Assembly (NCBI GenBank): GCA_034669905.1
Contig: JAXMOL010000011.1
Span: 64,001 to 128,000, forward strand
Source of the DNA: Candidatus Hydrogenedentota bacterium
GTDB lineage: Bacteria; Hydrogenedentota; Hydrogenedentia; Hydrogenedentales; JAEUWI01
Reading direction: 5' to 3'
DNA length: 64,000 nt
The translations under genes and the position numbers were made by a program. The notes under the pieces are model-generated. The model searched no databases. It was not told where the DNA came from and saw only the letters and a program-made list of their open reading frames with translations. Positions 37,164 through 46,414 of this stretch are shown one piece after another. Position 1 is the first letter of the stretch; each line of letters opens with the position of its first letter.

Positions 37164-38398
37164 GGTGAAACACCCCGTAGTGACCGTGACCGTAGCCACG
37201 CAGCGGCCCAACGACTTTCCGTGACTTTTCGGAGTTGCCGAATCAAGGCCGAGGGCGGATGGTGGGCATCCTGTAAAAAACGCTTCGTGAGCCGTGCCTC
37301 TTCCCGGGCAATCCATTCGGCGGGCCAGGGCGGGCATGGGCCTTCGGAAGGCACCAGCTCGGGATGGGCCGCGCGGAAATTCCGTTGGGCCATTTCGTAA
37401 AGGGGAATCACCCCGGGCGCGGTGTGGGACCAATCGAAGTGTTCGCGAATGCGTTGCGCCGCCGCCGCGCCCATGGCCCTGCGGAGCACCGCATCATTTT
37501 GCAGGTGGGCCGTTTCCCGGGCGAAGGCCTCGGCGTCGTTGAAGGGCAGAATACGCCCCACGGCGTCCGAGTCCATCACGTCGGGCACCATACCCACCGC
37601 GGTCGCCAGCACACATACGCCGCTCGCCATGGCCTCGAGCACGGGCACGGGTCCGCCCTCGATGGTAGCGGTGCACCAGTAGGCATCCATCAACGCATAG
37701 GCCGCCGCAAATTCCCGCTCATCGGTGACAAAGGGCTTTCGGGTACAGCCCACGCCCTGGGCCGCGAGCTCTCCGGCCACCTGCTCCCAGCCGGGTCCTA
37801 TCAAGACCACATGCACCGGAAATCCCTGTTGCGCAAGGAGCCCTATGCCCCGCAGAAACACGTCCGTGCCTTTGCGTCCGTGGGCATCGCTCGAGCGCTT
37901 TCCCACGAATCCAACGACAAAGGTATCGTCGGCAATGTCTTGTTCCTGACGCAACTGCCTTCGTTCCCCGGGCGACCGGGGATAGAAAATTGTCGTATCG
38001 ACACCATAGGGCACGACGGCCAGTTTTTCCGGGTCTACCCCGGCTTCCTGCAGTCGCCCCTGCCACTGGGTAGAGCCCGTCATTACGGCATCGGCCTCCG
38101 CCACGCTGTTCAGATTGGATGCGTCCTGCACATGGTGAATCGTGCTGACGGTGGCCACGCGCCCCCGAAAGTCGGTCTGGCTCTTGTTCGCATCATGGGG
38201 CGTCAGAAAATGCACCACGTCGAAACGGTCGGCATGGGAAGCCACCTCCGGGAGGGTGCGCAGAACCCGGCCACTGCAGATGCACATGTCCAGTTGGGGA
38301 TTGTGTTTCACATAGGCCCGGGCGATGGTGCCGCATATCCAATAGGGCACATCAGGCACGAGCAAAATACGCCGCTTTTTGGTGCGTTCAGCGTTCAC
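37160..38398 (-). CDS. Glycosyltransferase family 4
   Basis: VVPYGVD, KGTD, EGGPVPVLEAMASG. Confidence 0.9.
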   Translation of the reverse strand: MNAERTKKRRILLVPDVPYWICGTIARAYVKHNPQLDMCICSGRVLRTLPEVASHADRFDVVHFLTPHDANKSQTDFRGRVATVSTIHHVQDASNLNSVAEADAVMTGSTQWQGRLQEAGVDPEKLAVVPYGVDTTIFYPRSPGERRQLRQEQDIADDTFVVGFVGKRSSDAHGRKGTDVFLRGIGLLAQQGFPVHVVLIGPGWEQVAGELAAQGVGCTRKPFVTDEREFAAAYALMDAYWCTATIEGGPVPVLEAMASGVCVLATAVGMVPDVMDSDAVGRILPFNDAEAFARETAHLQNDAVLRRAMGAAAAQRIREHFDWSHTAPGVIPLYEMAQRNFRAAHPELVPSEGPCPPWPAEWIAREEARLTKRFLQDAHHPPSALIRQLRKVTESRWAAAWLRSRSLRGVSP

Positions 38399-39362
38399 GG
38401 GGCACCGTCACCAGGGGCAGGCCTTGGATGAGGGCCTGCTGCTGTTGCCAATCCCGCGGGGGAAGCGCCACCTCCCCCGATCCATCGAGGTAGGGCGTGG
38501 TGCCGCCATTCTTGTCGCTCTGGTTATCCCGGAAGTCGAGGCCCCGCAATCCTTCCGAAAACCCTTCGGGGAAGGCGTCGGGTTGGATGAAAAAGGCATT
38601 GGTGCCATTGGAATCGACGGTGACAAAGCGGTAACCGACCCCTTCCAGGAGGGCCCGCCACCCGGCGAGAGACACGCCGTAATAGAGGAGACTCTCATGG
38701 GCCGCACGGCGAGAAAAGGTCGGTTCATAGGGAATGGTGACGGCCTGCTCGGAACCAAAGACGCTGTTGTATTCGACGACCAGGAGTTTGGGGAGAAATC
38801 CCATTTCCAACACGCGCTCGACGATGTAGTAGTCGATGCCGTCGATATCGATGATAAACACATCGGGAGCTGCGTGGGGACAACGCTTCATCAGCGACGC
38901 GATGTTGTCCTGGTCGACCAATTGATTCACCGCGAGAATGTTGTGGCACTTGGCGGCTTTCAGCACCTGCACGCAACGGCGGCTGAGATCGGGATTCCCC
39001 TCCACCATGACCCCGCTGAAACGGCGGGCGAAGGCGAGCCAGGCGGAACAATTCTGCAATCCATCCGCGCCACCAATTTCGAAGAAGTAGCGGTTGGGCG
39101 CGCTCATCTGCCCGCAGAGATAATCCACAATGCCGTCTTCGCCGTGTTGACTGAAGCCGGAAAATTCCCAGCTCAGTGGCTGTGTCGGGTCGATCTCCCG
39201 CGTGGCGGCCGTGGCCGCAGCCCGACTGTAGGCCGTCGCCAGGCGGGCCTCAATTTCCAGGCGACCGGGAAGATGCAGGAGCCCTTGGCGGCCGAAAAGT
39301 CGTTTCGCTATGGAGAGCACGGTGTGTCGCAAAAGGTATCTTTCGTTGGGTTTTTCGGCCAT
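38388..39362 (-). CDS. FkbM/Methyltransf_21-like glycan methyltransferase
   Basis: FSQHGEDGI, FFEIGGADG, IDIDGIDYY, VVEYNS, NGTNAFFI. Confidence 0.7.
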   Translation of the reverse strand: MAEKPNERYLLRHTVLSIAKRLFGRQGLLHLPGRLEIEARLATAYSRAAATAATREIDPTQPLSWEFSGFSQHGEDGIVDYLCGQMSAPNRYFFEIGGADGLQNCSAWLAFARRFSGVMVEGNPDLSRRCVQVLKAAKCHNILAVNQLVDQDNIASLMKRCPHAAPDVFIIDIDGIDYYIVERVLEMGFLPKLLVVEYNSVFGSEQAVTIPYEPTFSRRAAHESLLYYGVSLAGWRALLEGVGYRFVTVDSNGTNAFFIQPDAFPEGFSEGLRGLDFRDNQSDKNGGTTPYLDGSGEVALPPRDWQQQQALIQGLPLVTVPRER

Positions 39363-39509
39363 TTCCGATGGGCTGCCTATTGTAGCATATGGCAGGAGAG
39401 TCGACGTCGCCGGGATGCGGGAACGTCTGGGTGCCACCCTTACAAACACGAGGTACGAGGCACCCTTGGTGCCCCCTGGCCGGCGGGCCGCCGGCGCTCC
39501 ATAGGGACG

Positions 39510-40619
39510 CTACGATACCACCGAATCGTACAGGGCCTGCCATTGGGCCACGGTGTTGGCAAGTGAAAAGCGTTCCTCCACCGTGCGGCGGGCCGCTATG
39601 CCCTGCGCCTGGTTTCCCGCGGGACTCCCCAGGGCCATCCGAAGGGCATTGGCGAAGCCCGCGGACGTCCCCCCTGATACGACACGGGCCGTGACGCCGT
39701 CTTCCACAATTTCCTTCACCGCCGGGTAGTCCGCCACCACGACCGGCAACGCGGAGGCCATGGCCTCCAACAAGGCACTACCCAGCCCCTCCCGCGCACT
39801 CGCCATGATGTAGTGGTCCGCCGCATGGAGCCCCAGACGCACGTCCTCCTGGAAGCCTGCCATACACACAATGTCGGAGATGCCCGCCTGGACACAGTAG
39901 CTGCGGACCGCCGTTTCATCGGGCCCGCTCCCCACCAGGAGCAATCTCAAGGTGGGAAAGTCGGTGTGAAGCGCCGCGACGGCCTCACACACGGTACGCA
40001 CCCCTTTCAGGCGGGTAATACGCCCGGTCATGCACAGCACGAGGTCTTGGGGCGCGAAGCCAAAGCGTACCCGGGCGGCACGTCGCGCTTCGGCGGTGGG
40101 CGGGGCGAAATGTTCCGTGTCTATCCCGTTATAAATCACCTGTTTCGGGAGCGGTGTCTCCACGCTGTCGGCCACCGCCTGGGAACAGGCCACGAGCCGC
40201 GTTCCGCGCCGATAGACATAGCGCTCCAACTGATTCTGTAGGGGCTGACCGTGTTGTCCCTGATACATGTGGTGGAGATGCTGAATCAAACAGGACACCC
40301 GCCCCGATGTAAGGGCACGTTGTCCCAACCAGCAGGAGGGCACGCCATGGGTGTGCAAGATGTCGCACGAAGCCGCTTTCAACAACCGCTCCAATCGCGG
40401 TGACACGCGGGGATCCCACTTCGACGAGGCCAGATGCCGGGGCGAAATGCCCCGTGCAGCGAGCACTTCGGAGAAGGGCCCGGGCCCGTGGAGCGCCGCC
40501 ACCTGCACATCGACACCCCGCGCTGCCAGGCGAGGCAACACATCACACAGCAGGGTCTGTACACCACCGAGCTTCAGGCTGTCCACCAGATGGAGCACGC
40601 GGCAAGGATGCTTCAGCAT
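39510..40619 (-). CDS. Glycosyltransferase family 4
   Basis: VLHLVDSLKLGG, IYNGID, EGLGSALLEAMAS. Confidence 0.92.
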   Translation of the reverse strand: MLKHPCRVLHLVDSLKLGGVQTLLCDVLPRLAARGVDVQVAALHGPGPFSEVLAARGISPRHLASSKWDPRVSPRLERLLKAASCDILHTHGVPSCWLGQRALTSGRVSCLIQHLHHMYQGQHGQPLQNQLERYVYRRGTRLVACSQAVADSVETPLPKQVIYNGIDTEHFAPPTAEARRAARVRFGFAPQDLVLCMTGRITRLKGVRTVCEAVAALHTDFPTLRLLLVGSGPDETAVRSYCVQAGISDIVCMAGFQEDVRLGLHAADHYIMASAREGLGSALLEAMASALPVVVADYPAVKEIVEDGVTARVVSGGTSAGFANALRMALGSPAGNQAQGIAARRTVEERFSLANTVAQWQALYDSVVS

Positions 40620-41749
40620 TCGGACGTCACCTGGTCATAGCAGCTGCGGTAGGCCGTGGCGACGGCCCGCCAGCTCATGTTTTCGGCCATTTTGCGGGAG
40701 CGGGCACCGTGCTCGCCGATACGCTCCGGACGATCGAGGTACTGGCGCAGTCCATCGACGATGCTGTCTACGGAGCCGAATTCCAGCAGGTATCCATTGC
40801 GCCCCGGCTCAACCGTCTCGCGGGCACCGCCCGTATCGGTCATCAGGATGGGCAGGCCGGAGGCCATGGCTTCGAGCACCGTGTTGCTCATGCCCTCGTT
40901 GAGCGATGGCAAGACAAAGATATGGTGCTCCCGGTAGATGGCCGGCAGTTCCTCGTGGGCCACGACGCCCAGAAAGCGCACCCGGTCGCCCAATCCCAAT
41001 TGCAGAACCAACGCGTCCAGGGCTTCCCGCTGGTTTCCATCCCCCGCGATGGTCAGTTCGACCCCTTCCTCCTCCAGGTATTTCACCGCTTCGATGAGCC
41101 AGGGAATACCTTTCCGCGAAATGAGCCGTGCGACAATGAGTACCCGCAAGGGACCTTCTGCAGGCGGCCCCGGGTAAAATCGCGCCGTGTCTACTCCATT
41201 GGGAATGACCCCGATATTCTGCTTTGGTGCCGAAGCCCGGGCCAGATCCCGCAACCCCACGGAATTGGCAATGACCGCTCCGGCCCGCGCCCAGACATGG
41301 CGACTGAGCCGACGAAAGACCAGGGTGTCCGGCACGCGAAAGCGCTCGTTGTAGAAGGGCACATCGGAACCCCGAAGGGACACGATGTAGGGCAGTCCGA
41401 GCCGCCAGGCCAGGACCCCGCAGGGAATCCCGAAAAAGGCGTGGCACACGTCAAAGTCCTGCGTCCGCAGGAGGTGACGGGCATAGCAATAGGCCCGCCA
41501 GGAATAGGTGAGCAGTTCGCGGTTTCGCTGGTAATGGACGCTGCCCGATTTACCAATATTCAGATAGTGAATGCGTATCTGGGGCGTGAGCGAAACCACC
41601 GAGGCCGTGCCGGTGGAGGAGGTGATCAGGTCCACCTCGATATCCGCGTCTTCTCCGAAAACCTGGAGAATTTTCTCCGTCGCATTGGCAGCACCCCCAC
41701 CCAGGGGCGGGTACTCGTAGTTGAGCATGAGGACACGCATGGGTATCAC
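40613..41749 (-). CDS. Glycosyltransferase family 4
   Basis: NYEYPPLGGG, IPNGVD, EGMSNTVLEAMASGLP. Confidence 0.92.
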   Translation of the reverse strand: MIPMRVLMLNYEYPPLGGGAANATEKILQVFGEDADIEVDLITSSTGTASVVSLTPQIRIHYLNIGKSGSVHYQRNRELLTYSWRAYCYARHLLRTQDFDVCHAFFGIPCGVLAWRLGLPYIVSLRGSDVPFYNERFRVPDTLVFRRLSRHVWARAGAVIANSVGLRDLARASAPKQNIGVIPNGVDTARFYPGPPAEGPLRVLIVARLISRKGIPWLIEAVKYLEEEGVELTIAGDGNQREALDALVLQLGLGDRVRFLGVVAHEELPAIYREHHIFVLPSLNEGMSNTVLEAMASGLPILMTDTGGARETVEPGRNGYLLEFGSVDSIVDGLRQYLDRPERIGEHGARSRKMAENMSWRAVATAYRSCYDQVTSEC

Positions 41750-42714
41750 TCCGGTTCAGATTGCTCGCGAATGGTGTAGATGGCTTTTTGTTGACTCTCG
41801 TAGTAGGTCCGTACATTAATTTCGCCCAAAAGGCCCATCCCGATCAACTGGAGGCCACCGAGGGAGAAAAACATGGCGATGAATAGCCACGCGTTGTCGG
41901 TTACATCCTGCCCTTTGAGGACCTTTTGTGCCAACGTGATACCCGCCGCCCCGACGCCCGTGGCCATGGCCGCCAGGCCCCACTTCCCGAAGACCTGCAT
42001 GGGCTTGGTGGAATAGGAGAGCAGAAACTTGATGGTAATGAGATCCAGGATCACACGGAGCGTCCGTCCGATGCCATACTTGGATTCGCCAAATTCCCGG
42101 GGCCGGTGGTTCACTTCGATTTCCGCGACCCGTGCGCCGGCCCAACTGGCCAGCACCGGCAGAAAACGGTGGAGCTCGCCATAGAAATTCATGTGCTCGG
42201 CCACTTCGCGGTGGTAGGCCTTGAGGGTGCAGCCATAGTCATGGAGCCGCACACCGGTGATAGCGGAAATGAGCCGGTTGGCCAGCATACTCGGCAGACG
42301 CCGGGAAAGGAGCTTGTCTTTGCGGTCCGCCCGCCAACCACTGACCACGTCATAGCCTTCGTCGATTTTCTCCAGCAACCGGGGAATGTCACGGGGGTCG
42401 TTCTGCAGATCGGCGTCGATAGGCACAATCACCTCGTGCCGCGCCCGATCGAAGCCCGCCGCCATGGCCGCCGTCTGACCAAAATTGCGTCGGAAAATAA
42501 CATGGCGCACCTGCTGCGGAGCACGGCGATGGAGCGTGCGAATCAGGTCGGCCGACGCATCCGTGCTCCCGTCATCGACAAAAATGATTTCATAGGATAC
42601 CCCGGCGGCTTCCATGGCCTCCCGCACTTCTTCGTAAAGGCGGGGCAGCGACTCTACCTCGTTGTACACGGGCACCACCACCGAGACGGCATACGCTGTG
42701 GTTCGTTCTGTCAT
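41746..42714 (-). CDS. Polyprenol-phosphate glycosyltransferase (GT2, ArnC/GtrB-like)
   Basis: VVVPVYNE, FVDDGSTD, RRNFGQTAA, DADLQNDP, LHDYGC, LHRFLP; two C-terminal TMs. Confidence 0.92.
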   Translation of the reverse strand: MTERTTAYAVSVVVPVYNEVESLPRLYEEVREAMEAAGVSYEIIFVDDGSTDASADLIRTLHRRAPQQVRHVIFRRNFGQTAAMAAGFDRARHEVIVPIDADLQNDPRDIPRLLEKIDEGYDVVSGWRADRKDKLLSRRLPSMLANRLISAITGVRLHDYGCTLKAYHREVAEHMNFYGELHRFLPVLASWAGARVAEIEVNHRPREFGESKYGIGRTLRVILDLITIKFLLSYSTKPMQVFGKWGLAAMATGVGAAGITLAQKVLKGQDVTDNAWLFIAMFFSLGGLQLIGMGLLGEINVRTYYESQQKAIYTIREQSEPE

Positions 42715-42912
42715 GAGGGATCGCCTGGGTTGCTAAACGCATCAAAAGACCGATAGTCGGCACACGTGGCGGGAAGGCCGCGAAGGAACGGAAATCATAC
42801 CGAACAAAGCGCTTACAGGTCAACGCATCCGGGCCGCACATTGGTTTAGGAGGCCCGTTTTCACTATAATCCAAGATTCTGCTCAAGCCCCGAACGCGCC
42901 ATTGAGGTACCC

Positions 42913-43575
42913 ATGGATAAATCTGTTGCCGAGTTAGTCGCCCACGATACGGACGACCCCATGTTGCACGAAGAATGTCATGAATCAGAGTCCGGCACGC
43001 GGGCATCCCGCCGTCCAGAGCATAGCCTTCTTTCCATCGTGCTGATGGCGCTCCTCGCCGCCGGCGCCGTCTATGGCGTGGGATGGACCCTGCGAGCCCA
43101 GCATAAGGTGGTCCATAGCTGGGATTTCCGCACCCTCCCCTATGAGTCCTCTCCCTGGCGCTTTCCCGAAGTAAAAATCGAGCAGGATGAAGGGGGGGTC
43201 ATCATACCGACCCTGCAGACCGGTCCCGGCCCCCAACTCATCCTGGACCTCGACACCGATACAGTCAGCGCGATTCGTGCCACGGTGGAGATTACCCGGG
43301 TGGAAGACGGCGCGCCGGTAGGCTACGCCCTCGAATGGTACTGGTCAAGCGCGGAGGAGGTGGCCGCGGCGGCGGGTGCGTGGCCCTATTCCACCGAGCG
43401 CGGGGTGGCCTTCCGCCCCCTGAATCGCCACACGCCCAACATCCACACCGCCCAGGTGAGCAGACACAAGGCCTGGAAGGGCACCATCGCCCAGGGTTTC
43501 ATTGGAATTAAGATACCACCCCGTGTCGAAGGCCCTTTTTTCGTGCGCCTCGTCCACGTCGAATTTCTGGAGTAA
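42913..43575 (+). CDS. Hypothetical membrane-anchored protein
   Basis: GAGG RBS, TATAAT at 42865-42870, one N-terminal TM, beta-rich remainder. Confidence 0.65.
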   Translation: MDKSVAELVAHDTDDPMLHEECHESESGTRASRRPEHSLLSIVLMALLAAGAVYGVGWTLRAQHKVVHSWDFRTLPYESSPWRFPEVKIEQDEGGVIIPTLQTGPGPQLILDLDTDTVSAIRATVEITRVEDGAPVGYALEWYWSSAEEVAAAAGAWPYSTERGVAFRPLNRHTPNIHTAQVSRHKAWKGTIAQGFIGIKIPPRVEGPFFVRLVHVEFLE

Positions 43576-43581
43576 GCATTC

Positions 43582-46386
43582 ATGGCAACCCAATGGAATG
43601 ATAAAAAGTGGGCCCGCATCTTGACGAGCCTTATCTTGCTGGCCCTCTTCTCCTACGGCGCCTACCTGCGGTTTCACGATCTCGGGGTAAGCCTCTATGA
43701 CGACGAAATCAATACCCGCGAGCGGGCCATGCAGTCCGTCACCCACACCCTCCAGACCCGGCCCTATCCCCTCTACTACCTGAGCGCCAAGCTGGCCCTG
43801 GGCCTGGGCGATACCGAAACGGCCCTGCGACTTCCCAGCTTTATCGCCGGACTCTTAAGCATCCTCGCTATCTTTGGGCTGGTCCGACACCTCCACTCCC
43901 GGACTGCCGGGCTGGTGGCGGCGGCGCTCATCGCTTTCAATCCCTTTCACATTACCCACAGTGATTTCGCGCGCTACTATGCCCTGCTCATGCTCTTCAC
44001 CATCTTGACGGTGTGGTCGTTGACCCTGGTGCTGGAACGGGGACGGTGGCACCAATGGCTGGCCTATATCCTGTCCGCCTTTCTGGCGCTGGCCTCCCAC
44101 GTGTGTTTCATCCCGGCCCTCGCCCTGCTCAATGTGGGTGCGGCCCTCTATCTGCTGGGCCAGAAAAGTCGGGGCTCGCTGAAGCGCCGCGTGCTCCATG
44201 TGGGCCTCCTCGCCTGCGCCACCCTCATGGCCTGCAGCTTTGTCATCTACAAAGAGGTCGGTCCCTTTAAGGCCGTGAAGTCCCTCATCACCTTCGGCAA
44301 CCAACCCGTCAGTGCCGCCACAGAAACGGCCCCTCCTGCGGCCAACACAGGCGATACGATGGTGGGCACCCTGCCGGAACAGACCTGGGCGGGCCCCTCT
44401 TTCCTGGAAGCCCACCAGATGCGCCCCAAAGGGGGCGGGGCCGCCTTTACGAATCCGGAGACCGGCGAAACCAGGTACCTCCTGACCTACTATGATTGCC
44501 TGGAATACCTGAAACGCTATTTCTGGAACAACACGACCTGGGTATGGCCCGTGCTCCTCTTTGCAGGCATCTGTGGTGTTTTCGATCTGTTGTACCGGGT
44601 ACCGGCTGCGGGGCTCCCCCTCTTTTTCGGATTCTTCCTCACCCCCGGCGCACTCTTTTTCTACGTTACGGATCACTGGTACCACCCCCGCTACCTCTCC
44701 TTCACCTTTGTCTTCGCCCTGGTTTTTGTGGCCATTGGACTCTGTGTGCTGCCCCGGTTTCTCTCCCGGGTCATCGGCGCCCCCCGCAGCCTCCGGCTCT
44801 GGCGACGTCGCCCCCTGGAAGGCCCTGCGCGCACGGCGTCGGTCGCCAATGTGCTTTATGTAATGGCCGTCGGTGCCCTTGCCATACCGGCGGTGCCGGT
44901 GATCAATGAGGCCTACCAGACCTATCCCGTGACCGGTTATCTTCCCGAAGGGCCGCTGGTGGCCAATCGCACGCCCGAACGGGATTGGCGCAATCTCTAT
45001 CAATACGTTTCCCGCACGGTGAAAGACGGGGACCAGTTCCTGTTCATGAGCCCCAAGGACCAGCATGGCCCCCGTTATGCCCGGTATTATTTTTCGAAAT
45101 TCCTTCCCTGGGCCGAGGAGGAGCACCATTTCGATTCCCGCTTTGACGCCCCCACCGAGCAGAGCATGCACGCTTTTGCGACCGAGCACCCCTTTGCCAA
45201 TTTCTGGTGTGTGGGTTATCTGAAACATGAGTATGGCCGTCACATGCGGCTGCTCCGTGAAGCCGGTGCAACCCAACTCAGTTTCTGGAGCCGCAATCAG
45301 GACAATGGCATCTGCCTCTTTTACCTGGGTGCCCCGACGACCAACTACCTCACCAATGGTGATTTTGAAACGCGTATGAAAACACCCCTGCCGGAGGGTT
45401 CCGATATTGATAAGCACGAGGGTTACCAGAGCCGCTCCTCTCTGCGGGTCCGCTATGACAAGACTGAGGTGGGCGATCAGACCAACTGGGCGCGCTATGT
45501 TCCCCTGAAAGTCAATCCCACGAGTTACCGCCTGCGCAACAACCGCTTTGAAGCCTGGAAAGACGGCCAACCCGTCGGCTGGAACCTGGGAGCCACCGCC
45601 CCGGCCGTGGTTGGGCCGGTTGACCCCGGATTCAAGGAGACCAAGAGCCTGCGTATCACCCCGTCGGACGACGCGGTGGTTCTTCAACAGAGCTTCCCCG
45701 TGGGCCTGGCGCCGGGCCGCACCGTGGAATTGCAGATGATGGGGCTGAGCAACACGGCCAACAATCTCCACCTGGTGCTGCGCTACCAGGGACCGGGCTA
45801 CCAGCGGGAAGAACACGCAGTGCACCCCGGCACGGGAAAATGGGTGTTGCTCACCATGTCAGCCCATATCCCCGCTGATGCGGACCCGGAAAGCCTCACC
45901 GTGGAAGTGTGGCGCATGGCCAACCCGGGTGGGGATACAGTCATCGACGATGTGGAATTTCGCGTCCTGGGCCTCGAAGGCCAACTGGAACCCCACGAAC
46001 CCTATGTGCTCTCCCTCATGGTGCGTACGGAAGATCTCCAGGATCACCGGGGTGCCGACCAACGCCCGGCGGGCCATGTCCGTCTGGCCTGGACCGATGC
46101 CGCAGGCCAGGCAGGCCACCGGGACCTGCTGGACATCCGCCAGGAAAAGGGCTGGCGACACCGGACGGTTACCTTTGTGCCTGGAGTCGATATTCCGCAG
46201 GACGTGGTCACCCTCCATGTGGAAGTGGGCCTGGAAAATGGTACCGGCACCCTGTGGGTAGATCAGGTACAATTGGAGAAAGGCCGTCACCCGACGCCCT
46301 TCACCGAGACCTATCGCCTGCCCCACGACGAGACGTTGGCGAATGTTCCGCTGGCCGCTTTTGAAGTGAATGCGGCCTGGAAATAA
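43582..46386 (+). CDS. GT-C fold (PMT_2/GT39/GT83-like) glycosyltransferase with C-terminal CBM-like jelly-roll domains
   Basis: LRFHDLGVSLYDDE, YPLYY, LRLPSFIAG, ARYYALL, about 11 TMs; NGDFE...WVDQVQLE. Confidence 0.85.
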   Translation: MATQWNDKKWARILTSLILLALFSYGAYLRFHDLGVSLYDDEINTRERAMQSVTHTLQTRPYPLYYLSAKLALGLGDTETALRLPSFIAGLLSILAIFGLVRHLHSRTAGLVAAALIAFNPFHITHSDFARYYALLMLFTILTVWSLTLVLERGRWHQWLAYILSAFLALASHVCFIPALALLNVGAALYLLGQKSRGSLKRRVLHVGLLACATLMACSFVIYKEVGPFKAVKSLITFGNQPVSAATETAPPAANTGDTMVGTLPEQTWAGPSFLEAHQMRPKGGGAAFTNPETGETRYLLTYYDCLEYLKRYFWNNTTWVWPVLLFAGICGVFDLLYRVPAAGLPLFFGFFLTPGALFFYVTDHWYHPRYLSFTFVFALVFVAIGLCVLPRFLSRVIGAPRSLRLWRRRPLEGPARTASVANVLYVMAVGALAIPAVPVINEAYQTYPVTGYLPEGPLVANRTPERDWRNLYQYVSRTVKDGDQFLFMSPKDQHGPRYARYYFSKFLPWAEEEHHFDSRFDAPTEQSMHAFATEHPFANFWCVGYLKHEYGRHMRLLREAGATQLSFWSRNQDNGICLFYLGAPTTNYLTNGDFETRMKTPLPEGSDIDKHEGYQSRSSLRVRYDKTEVGDQTNWARYVPLKVNPTSYRLRNNRFEAWKDGQPVGWNLGATAPAVVGPVDPGFKETKSLRITPSDDAVVLQQSFPVGLAPGRTVELQMMGLSNTANNLHLVLRYQGPGYQREEHAVHPGTGKWVLLTMSAHIPADADPESLTVEVWRMANPGGDTVIDDVEFRVLGLEGQLEPHEPYVLSLMVRTEDLQDHRGADQRPAGHVRLAWTDAAGQAGHRDLLDIRQEKGWRHRTVTFVPGVDIPQDVVTLHVEVGLENGTGTLWVDQVQLEKGRHPTPFTETYRLPHDETLANVPLAAFEVNAAWK

Positions 46387-46414
46387 CACGGACCCGCAGT
46401 AACCGGGAGCACCC

